This document shows, piece by piece, positions 6,969-15,958 of a stretch of 37,653 bases of DNA; the stretch's first letter is position 1, and each line of letters opens with the position of its first letter. The stretch is from assembly GCA_024640665.1 (NCBI GenBank), contig JAHEEO010000003.1, forward strand, positions 1 through 37,653, in the 5' to 3' direction. Position numbers and translations under genes: made by a program. A model generated the notes under the pieces. It worked only from the letters and a program-made list of their open reading frames with translations, was not told the DNA's origin and made no database searches. This DNA is from Rhodospirillales bacterium (lineage in GTDB: Bacteria > Pseudomonadota > Gammaproteobacteria > Steroidobacterales > Rariloculaceae).

Positions 6969-8027
6969 TTACGCAGACTTTTTACCGTTGCGGCGGCGGA
7001 ATACGGGTTTGTTCTTTGGTGCTTCACGGCCACCTTGATCGATCTTCATGTCCCTTTCTGCCGCGCTGGTTAATGCGGGCAATGTAATCCCATCCACTGG
7101 AAACTTTGCCGTACCCACGTTCGCTTTTATGCGGACGACTTCAGTATCGACGTCAATCGTTGTCGCGAAAATTGCGCTGCGGATTCGTTTAGCCAAAGCT
7201 TCGGCATGACTGCCCTCTAGACGCGGCAAAAACAAAATAAACTTATCGCCATCATACCGAGCGAGTAACTCATCGCTCGTGCACAGCCTTTGTAGGGCGT
7301 GTGCTACCAGCAAAATGACGCGGTCTCCAGCACTGTAGCCATATCGGTCGTTAATCGCTTTCAGATTTTCGATATCGACAATCTGCACGGCATGGGGCAC
7401 CCGATTCACCGTCGCCTGAGCATGCAGTTGATCAACGCGCGCAAAGAAACTCATGCGACTCATTAAGCCGGTTAGTTGATCATGCCCGACTGCCGCCTCT
7501 ACTTCTCGATCGATATCGACCAAGCTCTTGCGCAGCAGATTGGCCAGCGAAACAAAAACCGCCGACGCCGCGATTAAGCCCAGCGCATCGACAAAGCTCG
7601 CCAAATCGATCGGTCTGGTGGCAATTAGGCCGACACCCAGCAAGCAGGCTGCAAGTAATACGCTTACCGCGGGTCCCCTGGGCAGCACGAGACGCGCCAC
7701 AAACACGACAAACGGAAACACAATCAGCAGGCCGCTCAAGCCAGGCCAATGGATCGCTAAACATGCCGAAACGGCCAGCAGCGTCAGCAAATACTCCGCG
7801 GCGTTGCGCCACGGCTCGCTGTGAATGATCAGCCGTGTTCGGCCAAATAATCCCATACTCACAACGTAACCGAGCACTAACCCTATAAGCCGCGAATCGG
7901 TTGCAAGTTCCGGCCGTGCACTCAAAACCAAAGCCAAGACAAACGCGAACCACACCCAGTTTGCGACTCGCCCAAACGTCAGCGCCAGCTCGAGTGTGTG
8001 TGGGCGTTCGCTATTAAGGGTGTGCAT
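6969..8027 (-). CDS. membrane protein with degenerate GGDEF domain
   Basis: Five to six N-terminal TM helices are followed by a GGDEF fold (DQLTGLMSR..., VDIENLKAINDRYGYSAGD). The signature motif reads RYDGDKF (DGDKF at 7239..7253) instead of GG(D/E)EF, and there is no RxxD I-site. ATG 8027 overlaps the yibQ stop codon (TGATG). The track lists TTG 8030. Confidence 0.85.
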   Translation of the reverse strand: MHTLNSERPHTLELALTFGRVANWVWFAFVLALVLSARPELATDSRLIGLVLGYVVSMGLFGRTRLIIHSEPWRNAAEYLLTLLAVSACLAIHWPGLSGLLIVFPFVVFVARLVLPRGPAVSVLLAACLLGVGLIATRPIDLASFVDALGLIAASAVFVSLANLLRKSLVDIDREVEAAVGHDQLTGLMSRMSFFARVDQLHAQATVNRVPHAVQIVDIENLKAINDRYGYSAGDRVILLVAHALQRLCTSDELLARYDGDKFILFLPRLEGSHAEALAKRIRSAIFATTIDVDTEVVRIKANVGTAKFPVDGITLPALTSAAERDMKIDQGGREAPKNKPVFRRRNGKKSA

Positions 8028-8851
8028 CAATGAACCAATTGCGGATCAGGCGCGAAAAAGCTGCCAGTTGGCACTCCCCCGACGAGCTCTGCGTAACTAC
8101 GTTGGATGGCTTGATACCCCAAGAGGTTAGACAGGGGTACTAATTCGGCACCGGCGAAATCAATGAGTTCTCGCTCGAGGAAGTCTAACGTTGCGGGATA
8201 CGGATGCGCTATTGCGACCGCATAGCCGACTTCGTTAGCCTGCGCCACCAACGCATTCCAGGCCAACCCGATGCCCGCGTCTGTCGGTACGACATCGAGA
8301 AACACGTCGCGTTTCAATGCCGGCACTTCGTGCTCGCGCGCTATCATCAAGCCGACACTCAAATGCGTGGTGTAGCTATCGACGAAAAAAAACCTTCCGT
8401 CGGACTTAACGGCCTGCATCAACCAATGCATTGCCGTGGTATCCCGGGTCAACAGACTACCCATATGATTGTTGATCCCAATTGCGCCCGGCACGCTGAG
8501 CAGTGCTGCAGCCAGTGTCTGATCGAATTGTGTTCGCGTCAGCGCCAAATGCAGCGTGCCAGGCCCCGGGTCATCCGAGGCTTGAGCAGCCTGCATCGGC
8601 ATGTGCACAAGCACTTCCTTGTCCTTGCCGGTGGCCGCTATTGCCAACCGTGTTGCATACGGGGTATGCGGCAGGACGGCTAGCGCGATCGGTCCGGGCA
8701 ACTCGACGGCTCGCAAGCCCGGACGCAATTGATTACCTACGTCATCGATGATCACGGCGATCTTGGGCCCCTCTGCGCTCACTGCTATAACGCTCGTCAG
8801 CATTATGAGCATGCTGCCACATACACGCAGCAGCGCTGTGCGCAATGTCAC
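8027..8851 (-). CDS. yibQ: divergent polysaccharide deacetylase family protein (YibQ)
   Basis: After a signal/anchor segment the sequence reads KIAVIIDDVGNQ...LAVLPHTPY...VLVHMPMQ...INNHMGS, which matches the YibQ family. The start overlaps the ctpA stop by 4 nt. Confidence 0.9.
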   Translation of the reverse strand: MTLRTALLRVCGSMLIMLTSVIAVSAEGPKIAVIIDDVGNQLRPGLRAVELPGPIALAVLPHTPYATRLAIAATGKDKEVLVHMPMQAAQASDDPGPGTLHLALTRTQFDQTLAAALLSVPGAIGINNHMGSLLTRDTTAMHWLMQAVKSDGRFFFVDSYTTHLSVGLMIAREHEVPALKRDVFLDVVPTDAGIGLAWNALVAQANEVGYAVAIAHPYPATLDFLERELIDFAGAELVPLSNLLGYQAIQRSYAELVGGVPTGSFFAPDPQLVH

Positions 8852-10116
8852 AACGCTTGACTGAGGGCTATTGGATCGTAGCCGATTACCCGCAGAGCGC
8901 GAATCATTTGAGGGTCTTCTCGCATAGCGACGCCGGAAGCCGCACCCCGAAATTGCCGCCGCGGTTCACTGTTCGCGATACGGATATCTGGGCTGATGCC
9001 ATCGCCACTGAGAGTCCGCCCCGATGGGAGAATGTATCGGGAAGTCGTAATCTTCAATGCGCGTCCTTCGGACAATGGCATGACTGTTTGCACGGAGCCC
9101 TTACCGTAGGTTTCGACACCCACTATGCGTGCCCGAGCGTGGTCCTTTAACGCCCCGGCCACTATTTCCGAAGCTGATGCAGAACCAGAATTAACAATGA
9201 TGACGAGAGGTACGTCTTCTAACGCATGACCAGCAGTTGCATGATGTTCAAACCGCGCATGTTGGATTCGCCCGGTTCCGCGGACAATCAAGCCTTGGTC
9301 GAGAAACCGATCGGCGACATCAACGGCCGAATCGAGCAAACCGCCTGGATTGTTGCGCAGGTCGAGGACCAGGCCTCGCAAAGTGCCGCCAGCCTCTCGC
9401 GTAATTCGTTCGGCAATCACATCCAAACCCGGCGCCGTATTGTCGGCGAAACCCGTCAGACGAATGTATGCGAAACCGTCGCCCAAATGTTCACCATAAA
9501 CGGTTTTCACTTCGATATTGGCTCGGAGCAAAGCGAAATGTAACGGCTCATTGCTACCGTCACGCTGCAATTCGATATTAACTTCTGTGCCCGCAACGCC
9601 GCGCATGCGTCCAACCATTGATTGGAAGTTGCTCGCAGTCACCGCTTCGCCGTCAACGGCAACCACTATGTCCCCAGCCAGTATTCCGGCCCGTTCTGCC
9701 GGCGTATTTTCGATCGGCGACACCACTGTCGGCTGCCCCTGTTGGAGCGCAACGTCTAGACCAACACCCGCATAGTGACCACTGGTGCTAATTCGGATGT
9801 CTTCGTAAGCCAGCGTATCGAGGTAACGCGAGTGGTTATCCAACTCTTCGATAATGCCGCGGATGGCACTCTCGATGAGAGTGCGTTCGTCTATTTGGTC
9901 GACATATTCTTCGCTGACGCGGGCAATGATGTCCGCGAGTATTTCTGCCGGTTCTTGGCTGCGGACCCCGGCCACTCGGTGTGCATCCGCGGAGCGGCTG
10001 ATTAATTGCCCCCCAATCGAAACAGTAAGGCCCAGCACCGTGCCAATGACCAATACCAGTATTCCGCGGACCTTCAACGACATGAATTTTTCGCGCCCCA
10101 AGTATCGCTCCACCAT
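8848..10116 (-). CDS. ctpA: S41 family carboxy-terminal processing protease
   Basis: It has an N-terminal anchor, a PDZ domain (GVGLDV...PAERAGILAGDIVVAVDG) and an S41 catalytic region (DLRNNPGG, NSGSASASEIVAGALKD, GKGSVQ). ATG 10083 is a possible alternative start. Confidence 0.9.
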   Translation of the reverse strand: MVERYLGREKFMSLKVRGILVLVIGTVLGLTVSIGGQLISRSADAHRVAGVRSQEPAEILADIIARVSEEYVDQIDERTLIESAIRGIIEELDNHSRYLDTLAYEDIRISTSGHYAGVGLDVALQQGQPTVVSPIENTPAERAGILAGDIVVAVDGEAVTASNFQSMVGRMRGVAGTEVNIELQRDGSNEPLHFALLRANIEVKTVYGEHLGDGFAYIRLTGFADNTAPGLDVIAERITREAGGTLRGLVLDLRNNPGGLLDSAVDVADRFLDQGLIVRGTGRIQHARFEHHATAGHALEDVPLVIIVNSGSASASEIVAGALKDHARARIVGVETYGKGSVQTVMPLSEGRALKITTSRYILPSGRTLSGDGISPDIRIANSEPRRQFRGAASGVAMREDPQMIRALRVIGYDPIALSQAL

Positions 10117-10161
10117 ATCACAGTCGACAGCGGTGGCGAATCCACCGGCAGCCCCAAAATG

Positions 10162-11274
10162 TCAATCTTCGGGGGGCAGACGCATCCATGGATGCGGGTC
10201 TATCGGATCACCCTTGTGGCGTAATTCGAAATAGAGCCCGCTGCGCCCGCCGGCGGTGCCTACCTGAGCCAGCACGTCACCAGGCTGGACCCACTCACCG
10301 GACTCCTTGAGCAGCACTTCGTTATAGCCGTAGAGGCTCAAATATTGGTCACCGTGATCAACGATAAGCAGCAGACCAAGGCCCGGCAGCCAGTCCGAAA
10401 AGGCCACTCGGCCATGGTAGACAGCGCGTACCGCCTCGCCTGGGTTTGCCGCCAGGACCACGCCATTCCAGCGCAGCGGACCACCATTGCGCAGCTTTCC
10501 ATAGTCGCCTGTAATCGTGCCGCGCGCTGGCCAAGCCAAACGGCCCTTCAATGCCGCAAAGGGTTCTTCGGTCCCAGCAGGAAACGCCGTCAATATGTCG
10601 CCCAATTCCAGGACCAGATCTGTCAGGCGCTGCTCGTCTGCCCGCAGTGAATCGAGCTCACGGCCGGATTCGCCAATAGATTCTTGCAGTTCCGCGACTG
10701 CTTGATTTCGCCGCAGCCTGGCAGCCTCGAGTGACAACAATTCGCTTTCTCGTGACGCAGCTAGGTCCGCCAACCGGGTTTGGGCAGCTCGAGTCTCGCG
10801 CACCAGTGCGGCAAGCTGTTCCAATTCGCTGCGCACGCTCGCGATTCGCTCACCGCGAAACCGGTTTAGGAAGTCATAATAGGTCACCATGCGGCCGAGT
10901 GCGCTCGGGCTTTCTTGATTCAGCAGCAGCTTCAGCAGTTCTTCACGGCCCGTCAAATAGCTCAGCCTGACTTGACTGGCCATCGCCTCGCGTTCGTCAC
11001 CCAAATCGGCCGCCGCTGCCTGTGTCTGCGACTCTAAGTCAGCCAAGCGCTGCTGTTCCGTATTGTGTTCTTCGCGCAGTGCTGCAAGGGCTTGATGGTT
11101 TGCAGCAATTTCGATTTCCACGCCGCGCAGCGCCCGGGTCCCCTCATCCATCTGTGCCTGCTGGGTACTTATCCGGCGCTCTACGGCCTCGATGGCTTCC
11201 CGGACCGCGTCAAGAGCCTGCTGCTCGTCCTGTGCCAAGCTGAATAGCGGAATACCGATGCAAGCAGCGAGCAT
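10162..11274 (-). CDS. envC: murein hydrolase activator EnvC (coiled coil plus degenerate LytM/M23 domain)
   Basis: A long Q/E/A/R-rich coiled coil is followed by a C-terminal LytM domain ending LYFELRHKGDPIDPHPWM, as in E. coli EnvC. I chose ATG 11274, which gives MLAACIGIPLFSLAQ. The track start at 11406 would leave only 6 bp to the divergent yibN start and would cover its promoter. Confidence 0.85.
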   Translation of the reverse strand: MLAACIGIPLFSLAQDEQQALDAVREAIEAVERRISTQQAQMDEGTRALRGVEIEIAANHQALAALREEHNTEQQRLADLESQTQAAAADLGDEREAMASQVRLSYLTGREELLKLLLNQESPSALGRMVTYYDFLNRFRGERIASVRSELEQLAALVRETRAAQTRLADLAASRESELLSLEAARLRRNQAVAELQESIGESGRELDSLRADEQRLTDLVLELGDILTAFPAGTEEPFAALKGRLAWPARGTITGDYGKLRNGGPLRWNGVVLAANPGEAVRAVYHGRVAFSDWLPGLGLLLIVDHGDQYLSLYGYNEVLLKESGEWVQPGDVLAQVGTAGGRSGLYFELRHKGDPIDPHPWMRLPPED

Positions 11275-11373
11275 CCACTTGTGCCAACGATACCGCTGCT
11301 GCCCATTTTGTCCGCAACAAACCCAGCCAAACAGCCCTTCCGGACAACGGCGTCTAGGAACGGGCAATTGCGC

Positions 11374-11382
11374 TGCTATAAT
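11374..11382 (+). promoter_or_regulatory. extended -10 element (TGCTATAAT), putative promoter of yibN-grxC-secB-gpsA
   Basis: A perfect TATAAT preceded by TGn lies about 31 nt upstream of ATG 11413. No good -35 element is present, which is compatible with an extended -10 promoter. Confidence 0.4.
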
Positions 11383-11412
11383 TCGCGGTCTTTGTTTGCG
11401 GGCCATAGCCTA

Positions 11413-11835
11413 ATGATGAGCCAATTGCTCGAATTTGCTGGAAACCATCCGCTGCTGATAACAGGCATCGTCATCGCATGGTGCGCCGTTATGTTTTATG
11501 AAATTCGCCTGAAAAGCCAGGGGTTCTCGCATGTATCGACAAACGATGCAGTCAGACTCATCAATAAGGGCGCGATTGTGCTGGATGTGCGCAAAGCAGA
11601 AGAATTTCAGCAGGGCCATATCGTCAACGCCAAAAATGTAGATTTCGCAGACCTCACGGCGGACGAAAAACAACATTCGAAGTACAAAAACAAGGTTGTT
11701 CTCACAGTTTGCAACAATGGCATGCAATCGAATCGAGCTGCAACATTATTGCGCAAAGCCGGACTGGAGGAGGCTTACAGTATTCGCGGCGGCCTCGCCG
11801 GTTGGCGAAAAGAAAATATGCCAGTTTCAAAATGA
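11413..11835 (+). CDS. yibN: rhodanese-like domain protein with N-terminal TM helix
   Basis: I trimmed the track ORF to ATG 11413. The TM helix is HPLLITGIVIAWCAVMFY and the rhodanese fold reads VLDVR...EFQQGHI..A.N, with active-site loop CNNGMQS. The order yibN-grxC-secB-gpsA matches E. coli. Confidence 0.85.
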   Translation: MMSQLLEFAGNHPLLITGIVIAWCAVMFYEIRLKSQGFSHVSTNDAVRLINKGAIVLDVRKAEEFQQGHIVNAKNVDFADLTADEKQHSKYKNKVVLTVCNNGMQSNRAATLLRKAGLEEAYSIRGGLAGWRKENMPVSK

Positions 11836-12116
11836 CAGAAGAATCTCATCCCATCGTGATCTACTCGTCGCCATTTTGCGGTTTCTGCGCGGCTGCCAAA
11901 AAGCTACTCACAAGTAAGCATGCCGAGTATTTCGAAATCGACATCATGGCGAACCCGGATCGCCGCGCAGAAATGATTAAACGCAGTGGCCGCCGCACAG
12001 TGCCACAAATATTTATTGCGACTCGGCATATCGGCGGATATGACGACCTGAAGGCTTTGGACACTGCAGGCGAGCTGGAGCCACTATTGGACAGCGTCGC
12101 CTCTTCATCAAACTAA
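11832..12116 (+). CDS. grxC: glutaredoxin 3
   Basis: I trimmed the track ORF to ATG 11832, which forms an ATGA overlap with the yibN stop codon. The CGFC active site, the RRTVPQIFI segment and the GGYDDL motif are all present. Confidence 0.9.
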   Translation: MTEESHPIVIYSSPFCGFCAAAKKLLTSKHAEYFEIDIMANPDRRAEMIKRSGRRTVPQIFIATRHIGGYDDLKALDTAGELEPLLDSVASSSN

Positions 12117-12142
12117 TCCACCAACCAGAGAACAAAAGAGCT

Positions 12143-12673
12143 ATGGCAGACGAACAGAACGCAGGTGCCCCAGCGGGTACCGCAGCACAGGATCAGAACT
12201 CGAGCGGGCCGCAGGTAGTACTGCAAAAAATCTATTTGAAGGACTTATCCTTCGAATCACCCAAAGTGCCGGAAATATTTGCATCGAATATTGCCCCACA
12301 AACACAACTCAATCTGCGGTATTCGAATCGCGATCTTGGGCAGGACAACTTTGAGGTCAGTCTTACGATTACCATAGAGGCAAAACATGAAGAAGCTACG
12401 TTGTTCTTGGTTGAGCTGACGCAAGCAGGGGCGTTCCTGATTCGCGGCTACAATGACGAGCAGCGTGCATCGATCATCGGCAGCTTTTGCCCGAATACTT
12501 TGTATCCGTTTGCAAGAGAAGCCATCGCCGATCTCATTCAAAAAGGTGGTTTCCCGCAGCTGCTTCTGCAACCAATCAACTTTGACGCCTTGTACACGCA
12601 AGCACAGCAGGAACGAGCTGACCCATCATTGTCGATGACCAACCCTCCAACCGGTGACGGGGAAACGCATTAG
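12143..12673 (+). CDS. secB: protein-export chaperone SecB
   Basis: The segment LQKIYLKDLSFESP...LNLRY... and the acidic C-terminus give full-length SecB similarity. It has an Ala/Gln-rich N-terminal extension. Confidence 0.95.
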   Translation: MADEQNAGAPAGTAAQDQNSSGPQVVLQKIYLKDLSFESPKVPEIFASNIAPQTQLNLRYSNRDLGQDNFEVSLTITIEAKHEEATLFLVELTQAGAFLIRGYNDEQRASIIGSFCPNTLYPFAREAIADLIQKGGFPQLLLQPINFDALYTQAQQERADPSLSMTNPPTGDGETH

Positions 12674-13694
12674 TCAAACGCATTCGATTGCAATCGTCGG
12701 CGCGGGATCTTGGGGCACCGCGCTGGCGATTCAGTTTGCCCGCTCCGGGTCCAGCGTCAACCTATGCGCACGCAATGCGAGCATTGCAGCAGAACTGCAG
12801 AGCCGACGCGAAAACTGCAAATACCTTCCTGGTGCGCGCTTACCGGACAATGTATCTGTCTGTGAAGACTTAGCCACTGCCGTGGCGGATGTAAAGGACA
12901 GACTCATAGTTGTGCCCAGTCACGCTTTCCGCGCTACGCTGTCGGCATTGCGCGAGCTGAGTATCGATGGGCAGCGCGTTTCATGGGCAACGAAGGGTTT
13001 CGAGCTCGACACGGGTTTGCTTCCGCATCAGATAGCCAGCGAACTGCTCGGGGCCTCTACGCCCACTGCCGTGCTATCAGGACCAACCTTCGCCGCAGAA
13101 GTGGCGGCTGGCCTGCCAAGCGCGCTAACTGTAGCTTCATCCAACGAAGCCTTTGCGAGCGACCTCAGCAAAGCGATTGCGACTTCGACTTTCCGTGCTT
13201 ACACATCACGCGATGTCATAGGTGTTGAAGTCGGGGGGGCGACCAAGAATGTGTTTGCGATCGGTGCAGGCTTGTCCGACGGGCTGGGGTTCGGCGCCAA
13301 TACGCGCATCGCTTTAGTCACACGTGGACTGGCCGAAATGACGCGTCTGGGGATCAAGCTGGGTGCTCGAATGGAAACATTTATGGGCTTAGCGGGCATG
13401 GGCGATCTGGTGCTTACTTGTACCGATGATCTTTCCCGCAACCGGCGCTTCGGCAAGGCATTGGCCGCCGGCAGCAATGCCGAAGCAGCACTGAAGTCGA
13501 TCGGGCAAGTGGTCGAAGGCTACTACGGCGCCCGCGCTGTGCACCGTGTGGCACAGAAACTAGACGTGGATTTGCCGATTATCGAACAGATTTACCAAGT
13601 GCTCTATAAAGGCTTAAGCCCACGCAGCGCGGTAAGTAATCTCATGTCGCGGCCGCCGACAGCCGAACACTTACCAACGACTGACTGCCATTAA
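12654..13694 (+). CDS. gpsA: NAD(P)H-dependent glycerol-3-phosphate dehydrogenase
   Basis: IAIVGAGSWGTALA is the Rossmann motif, and KGFE, GPTFAAEV, KNVFAIGAG, GLAGMGDLVLTC and SRNRRFG are GpsA signatures. The GTG start overlaps secB by 20 nt. Confidence 0.95.
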   Translation: MTGKRISQTHSIAIVGAGSWGTALAIQFARSGSSVNLCARNASIAAELQSRRENCKYLPGARLPDNVSVCEDLATAVADVKDRLIVVPSHAFRATLSALRELSIDGQRVSWATKGFELDTGLLPHQIASELLGASTPTAVLSGPTFAAEVAAGLPSALTVASSNEAFASDLSKAIATSTFRAYTSRDVIGVEVGGATKNVFAIGAGLSDGLGFGANTRIALVTRGLAEMTRLGIKLGARMETFMGLAGMGDLVLTCTDDLSRNRRFGKALAAGSNAEAALKSIGQVVEGYYGARAVHRVAQKLDVDLPIIEQIYQVLYKGLSPRSAVSNLMSRPPTAEHLPTTDCH

Positions 13695-14155
13695 ACTGAC
13701 CCCTCGAAACCTAACTGGCGCCAAGCCTCATAGAGCACGACGGCTGCCGCGTTGGCCATATTCAAACTGCGATTATCCGGCTGCATCGGTAGTCTTAAGA
13801 CTTGTTCTGGCGCAAGTTCCGACAGCACACTGGCTGGTAATCCACGCGTCTCAGGCCCAAGCATGAATGCGTCCCCAGGCATGAATCGCGCATCGAAAAA
13901 CGATCGACGCCCCTTCGTGGTCAGCGCGAACACTCGGCTTCGGGGTAACGCATCTAGGCACGTGGCTAGATCTGCATGTTCGCGTACAGTAACGAACTCG
14001 CGATAATCAAGACCGGCTCGACGCAAAGCCCGCTCGTCCATATTGAAACCAAGAGGATGCACTAAATGCAATTCGGCGCCCACGTTGGCACACAAGCGAA
14101 TCACATTGCCGGTGTTAGGCGGTATCTCTGGTTGATAGAGGATCAGGTGGAACAC
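13691..14155 (-). CDS. trmL: tRNA (cytidine/uridine(34)-2'-O)-methyltransferase TrmL
   Basis: 154 aa in the SpoU/TrmL family: LYQPEIPPNTGNVIRLCANVG, LGPETRGLP and RSLNMANAAAVVLYEA. Confidence 0.9.
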   Translation of the reverse strand: MFHLILYQPEIPPNTGNVIRLCANVGAELHLVHPLGFNMDERALRRAGLDYREFVTVREHADLATCLDALPRSRVFALTTKGRRSFFDARFMPGDAFMLGPETRGLPASVLSELAPEQVLRLPMQPDNRSLNMANAAAVVLYEAWRQLGFEGSV

Positions 14156-14202
14156 GATAATGTAAGGTCAGATTTGCACATACTGAAAGGACGCTGTCGC
14201 TG

Positions 14203-15156
14203 ATGAGCCGCCTGATTACGGACTTTTGCGGGCTGACGCTCAACTCGCCCATCGTGCTGCTATCCGGATGCGTCGGTTTTGGCGAAGAGTATACGCGGGT
14301 AGTCGGGTTTTCGAATGCCGACGTCGGTGCCATAGTCCTAAAGGGCACGACACTCGAGCCTCGCCTAGGCAATCCTTCGCACCGCATCTGGGAAACGCCC
14401 GGTGGAATGTTAAACGCAATTGGCTTGCAGAATCCGGGCGTCGACGCCGTAGTCAACGGTATTTTACCGACACTGGATTTCACTGAGACGCGATTCTTTG
14501 CGAACGTATGTGGGTCAACGATAGAAGAATATGCCGAAGTAACGCGTCGGTTTAACGACTCGGCTATCGATGCCATCGAAATCAATATTTCGTGTCCAAA
14601 TATTAAGGAAGGCGGCGTGGCTTTCGGCAATTATCCGGAAATGTCCGCGCAAGTTGTCGCAGCATGCCGGAAAGAGACTGACAAACCCATCATTACCAAG
14701 TTATCGCCGAATCAAACGGACATTGCTGCCAATGCCAAAGCTTGCATCGACGCCGGCAGCGACGCGTTGGCTGTCATCAACACGATGATGGGAATGGCAA
14801 TTGACACAGCCACCCGCAAACCAATCATTGGCAACATTCAGGGTGGACTTTCAGGCCCGGCAATAAAGCCGATTGCCTTACTCAAGCTGCACCAAGTGTC
14901 GGACTATGCCCGGCAGCATGGTATACCCATCATTGGTCAAGGCGGAATTGAAACGGCCGACGATGCAATTGAGTTCTTGATCGGTGGAGCAACGACGGTA
15001 GGGGTAGGTACTGCGTTGTTCTACGACCCGTTGACTGCCCAGCGCATCAATCAAGGCCTCAACGAATATTTGGCTCGACACAATTTCGCATCGCCAAACG
15101 AATTGTCGCGTTCGCTGGTTTTAACTGACCACCAACCAGTTCGCAGGAGCTGCTGA
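14203..15156 (+). CDS. pyrD: class 1 dihydroorotate dehydrogenase (catalytic subunit type)
   Basis: It aligns end to end by eye with Bacillus/Lactococcus class-1 PyrD: NPI..SGC.GFG, MLNAIGLQNPG, NISCPN (Cys catalytic base), GGLSGPAIKP and IIGQGGI. Confidence 0.85.
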   Translation: MSRLITDFCGLTLNSPIVLLSGCVGFGEEYTRVVGFSNADVGAIVLKGTTLEPRLGNPSHRIWETPGGMLNAIGLQNPGVDAVVNGILPTLDFTETRFFANVCGSTIEEYAEVTRRFNDSAIDAIEINISCPNIKEGGVAFGNYPEMSAQVVAACRKETDKPIITKLSPNQTDIAANAKACIDAGSDALAVINTMMGMAIDTATRKPIIGNIQGGLSGPAIKPIALLKLHQVSDYARQHGIPIIGQGGIETADDAIEFLIGGATTVGVGTALFYDPLTAQRINQGLNEYLARHNFASPNELSRSLVLTDHQPVRRSC

Positions 15157-15172
15157 GATTGGAGCATAATTC

Positions 15173-15958
15173 TTGAGTATTCATCCAACAGCGATTGTTT
15201 CTGACGCCGCCATAATTGATCCATCCGTCGAAATTGGTCCTTTCTGTATTATTGAGGGCAACGTCGAAATTGGTGCACGTACGATCGTCGAATCACATGC
15301 TCGCATCGGCCATCGATTTGGTCGCGTTGTTATCGGCACCGATAACTACATTCAAAATGGCGCCGTCTTGGGTGGTCCACCGCAAGACATCAGCTACAGC
15401 GACGACGATACAAGTCTAATCATAGGTCATCACAACCGCATTGGAGAGTACGTCAGCATTAACCAAGGCACGCTGAAGGGCGGCGGCACCACAAGGGTCG
15501 GCGACAAGACCTTGTTAATGGCTTTTGTCCATGTCGGTCACGACTGCCAGGTTGGTAAACAGGTAATTATCACGAATGGCACTCAGCTTGCCGGTCACGT
15601 TCGGGTGGATGATCACGCCCTGCTTAGCGGGCTCGCCGGCGTGACGCAATTCGTGCATTTGGGCCGCTACAGTTTCTTGACCGCAGGCGCTTTCGCCAAT
15701 AAGGATATTCCACCATTTACCATTGCCGAGGGCCACTGGGCACGCCCGCGAGCGATAAACCGAATCGCGCTGAAACGCGGCGGGTTTACGGAGGACGAGC
15801 GACGCAATATAGAGCGCGCCGTGCGCTTAGTATTGAATTCAAGCCTGACAATTGACATGGTCGTAAACAATATTCGAACCCAATGCGTAAGCAGTGAAGC
15901 AATTACCTATTTGATAGATTTTCTCGTGAATTCCAAGACTGGAATTGCGCGACGATGA
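15173..15958 (+). CDS. lpxA: acyl-ACP--UDP-N-acetylglucosamine O-acyltransferase
   Basis: A left-handed beta-helix hexapeptide repeat region (IHPTAIV...IGPFCII...) carries the catalytic His context VHVGHDC and the C-terminal helical domain (GL.RRGF-like ALKRGGFTEDE). The TTG start has GGAG 8 nt upstream. Confidence 0.9.
   Translation: MSIHPTAIVSDAAIIDPSVEIGPFCIIEGNVEIGARTIVESHARIGHRFGRVVIGTDNYIQNGAVLGGPPQDISYSDDDTSLIIGHHNRIGEYVSINQGTLKGGGTTRVGDKTLLMAFVHVGHDCQVGKQVIITNGTQLAGHVRVDDHALLSGLAGVTQFVHLGRYSFLTAGAFANKDIPPFTIAEGHWARPRAINRIALKRGGFTEDERRNIERAVRLVLNSSLTIDMVVNNIRTQCVSSEAITYLIDFLVNSKTGIARR

Noticed and set aside
13691-13694. Overlapping stop codons of convergent gene pairs (gpsA/trmL at TTAA 13691..13694; the Gfo oxidoreductase/glnG at CTAA 16899..16902)
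   Set aside because: This is a real feature of the sequence, but it is a common consequence of genome compaction. It implies nothing beyond the absence of intergenic terminators at these two junctions.
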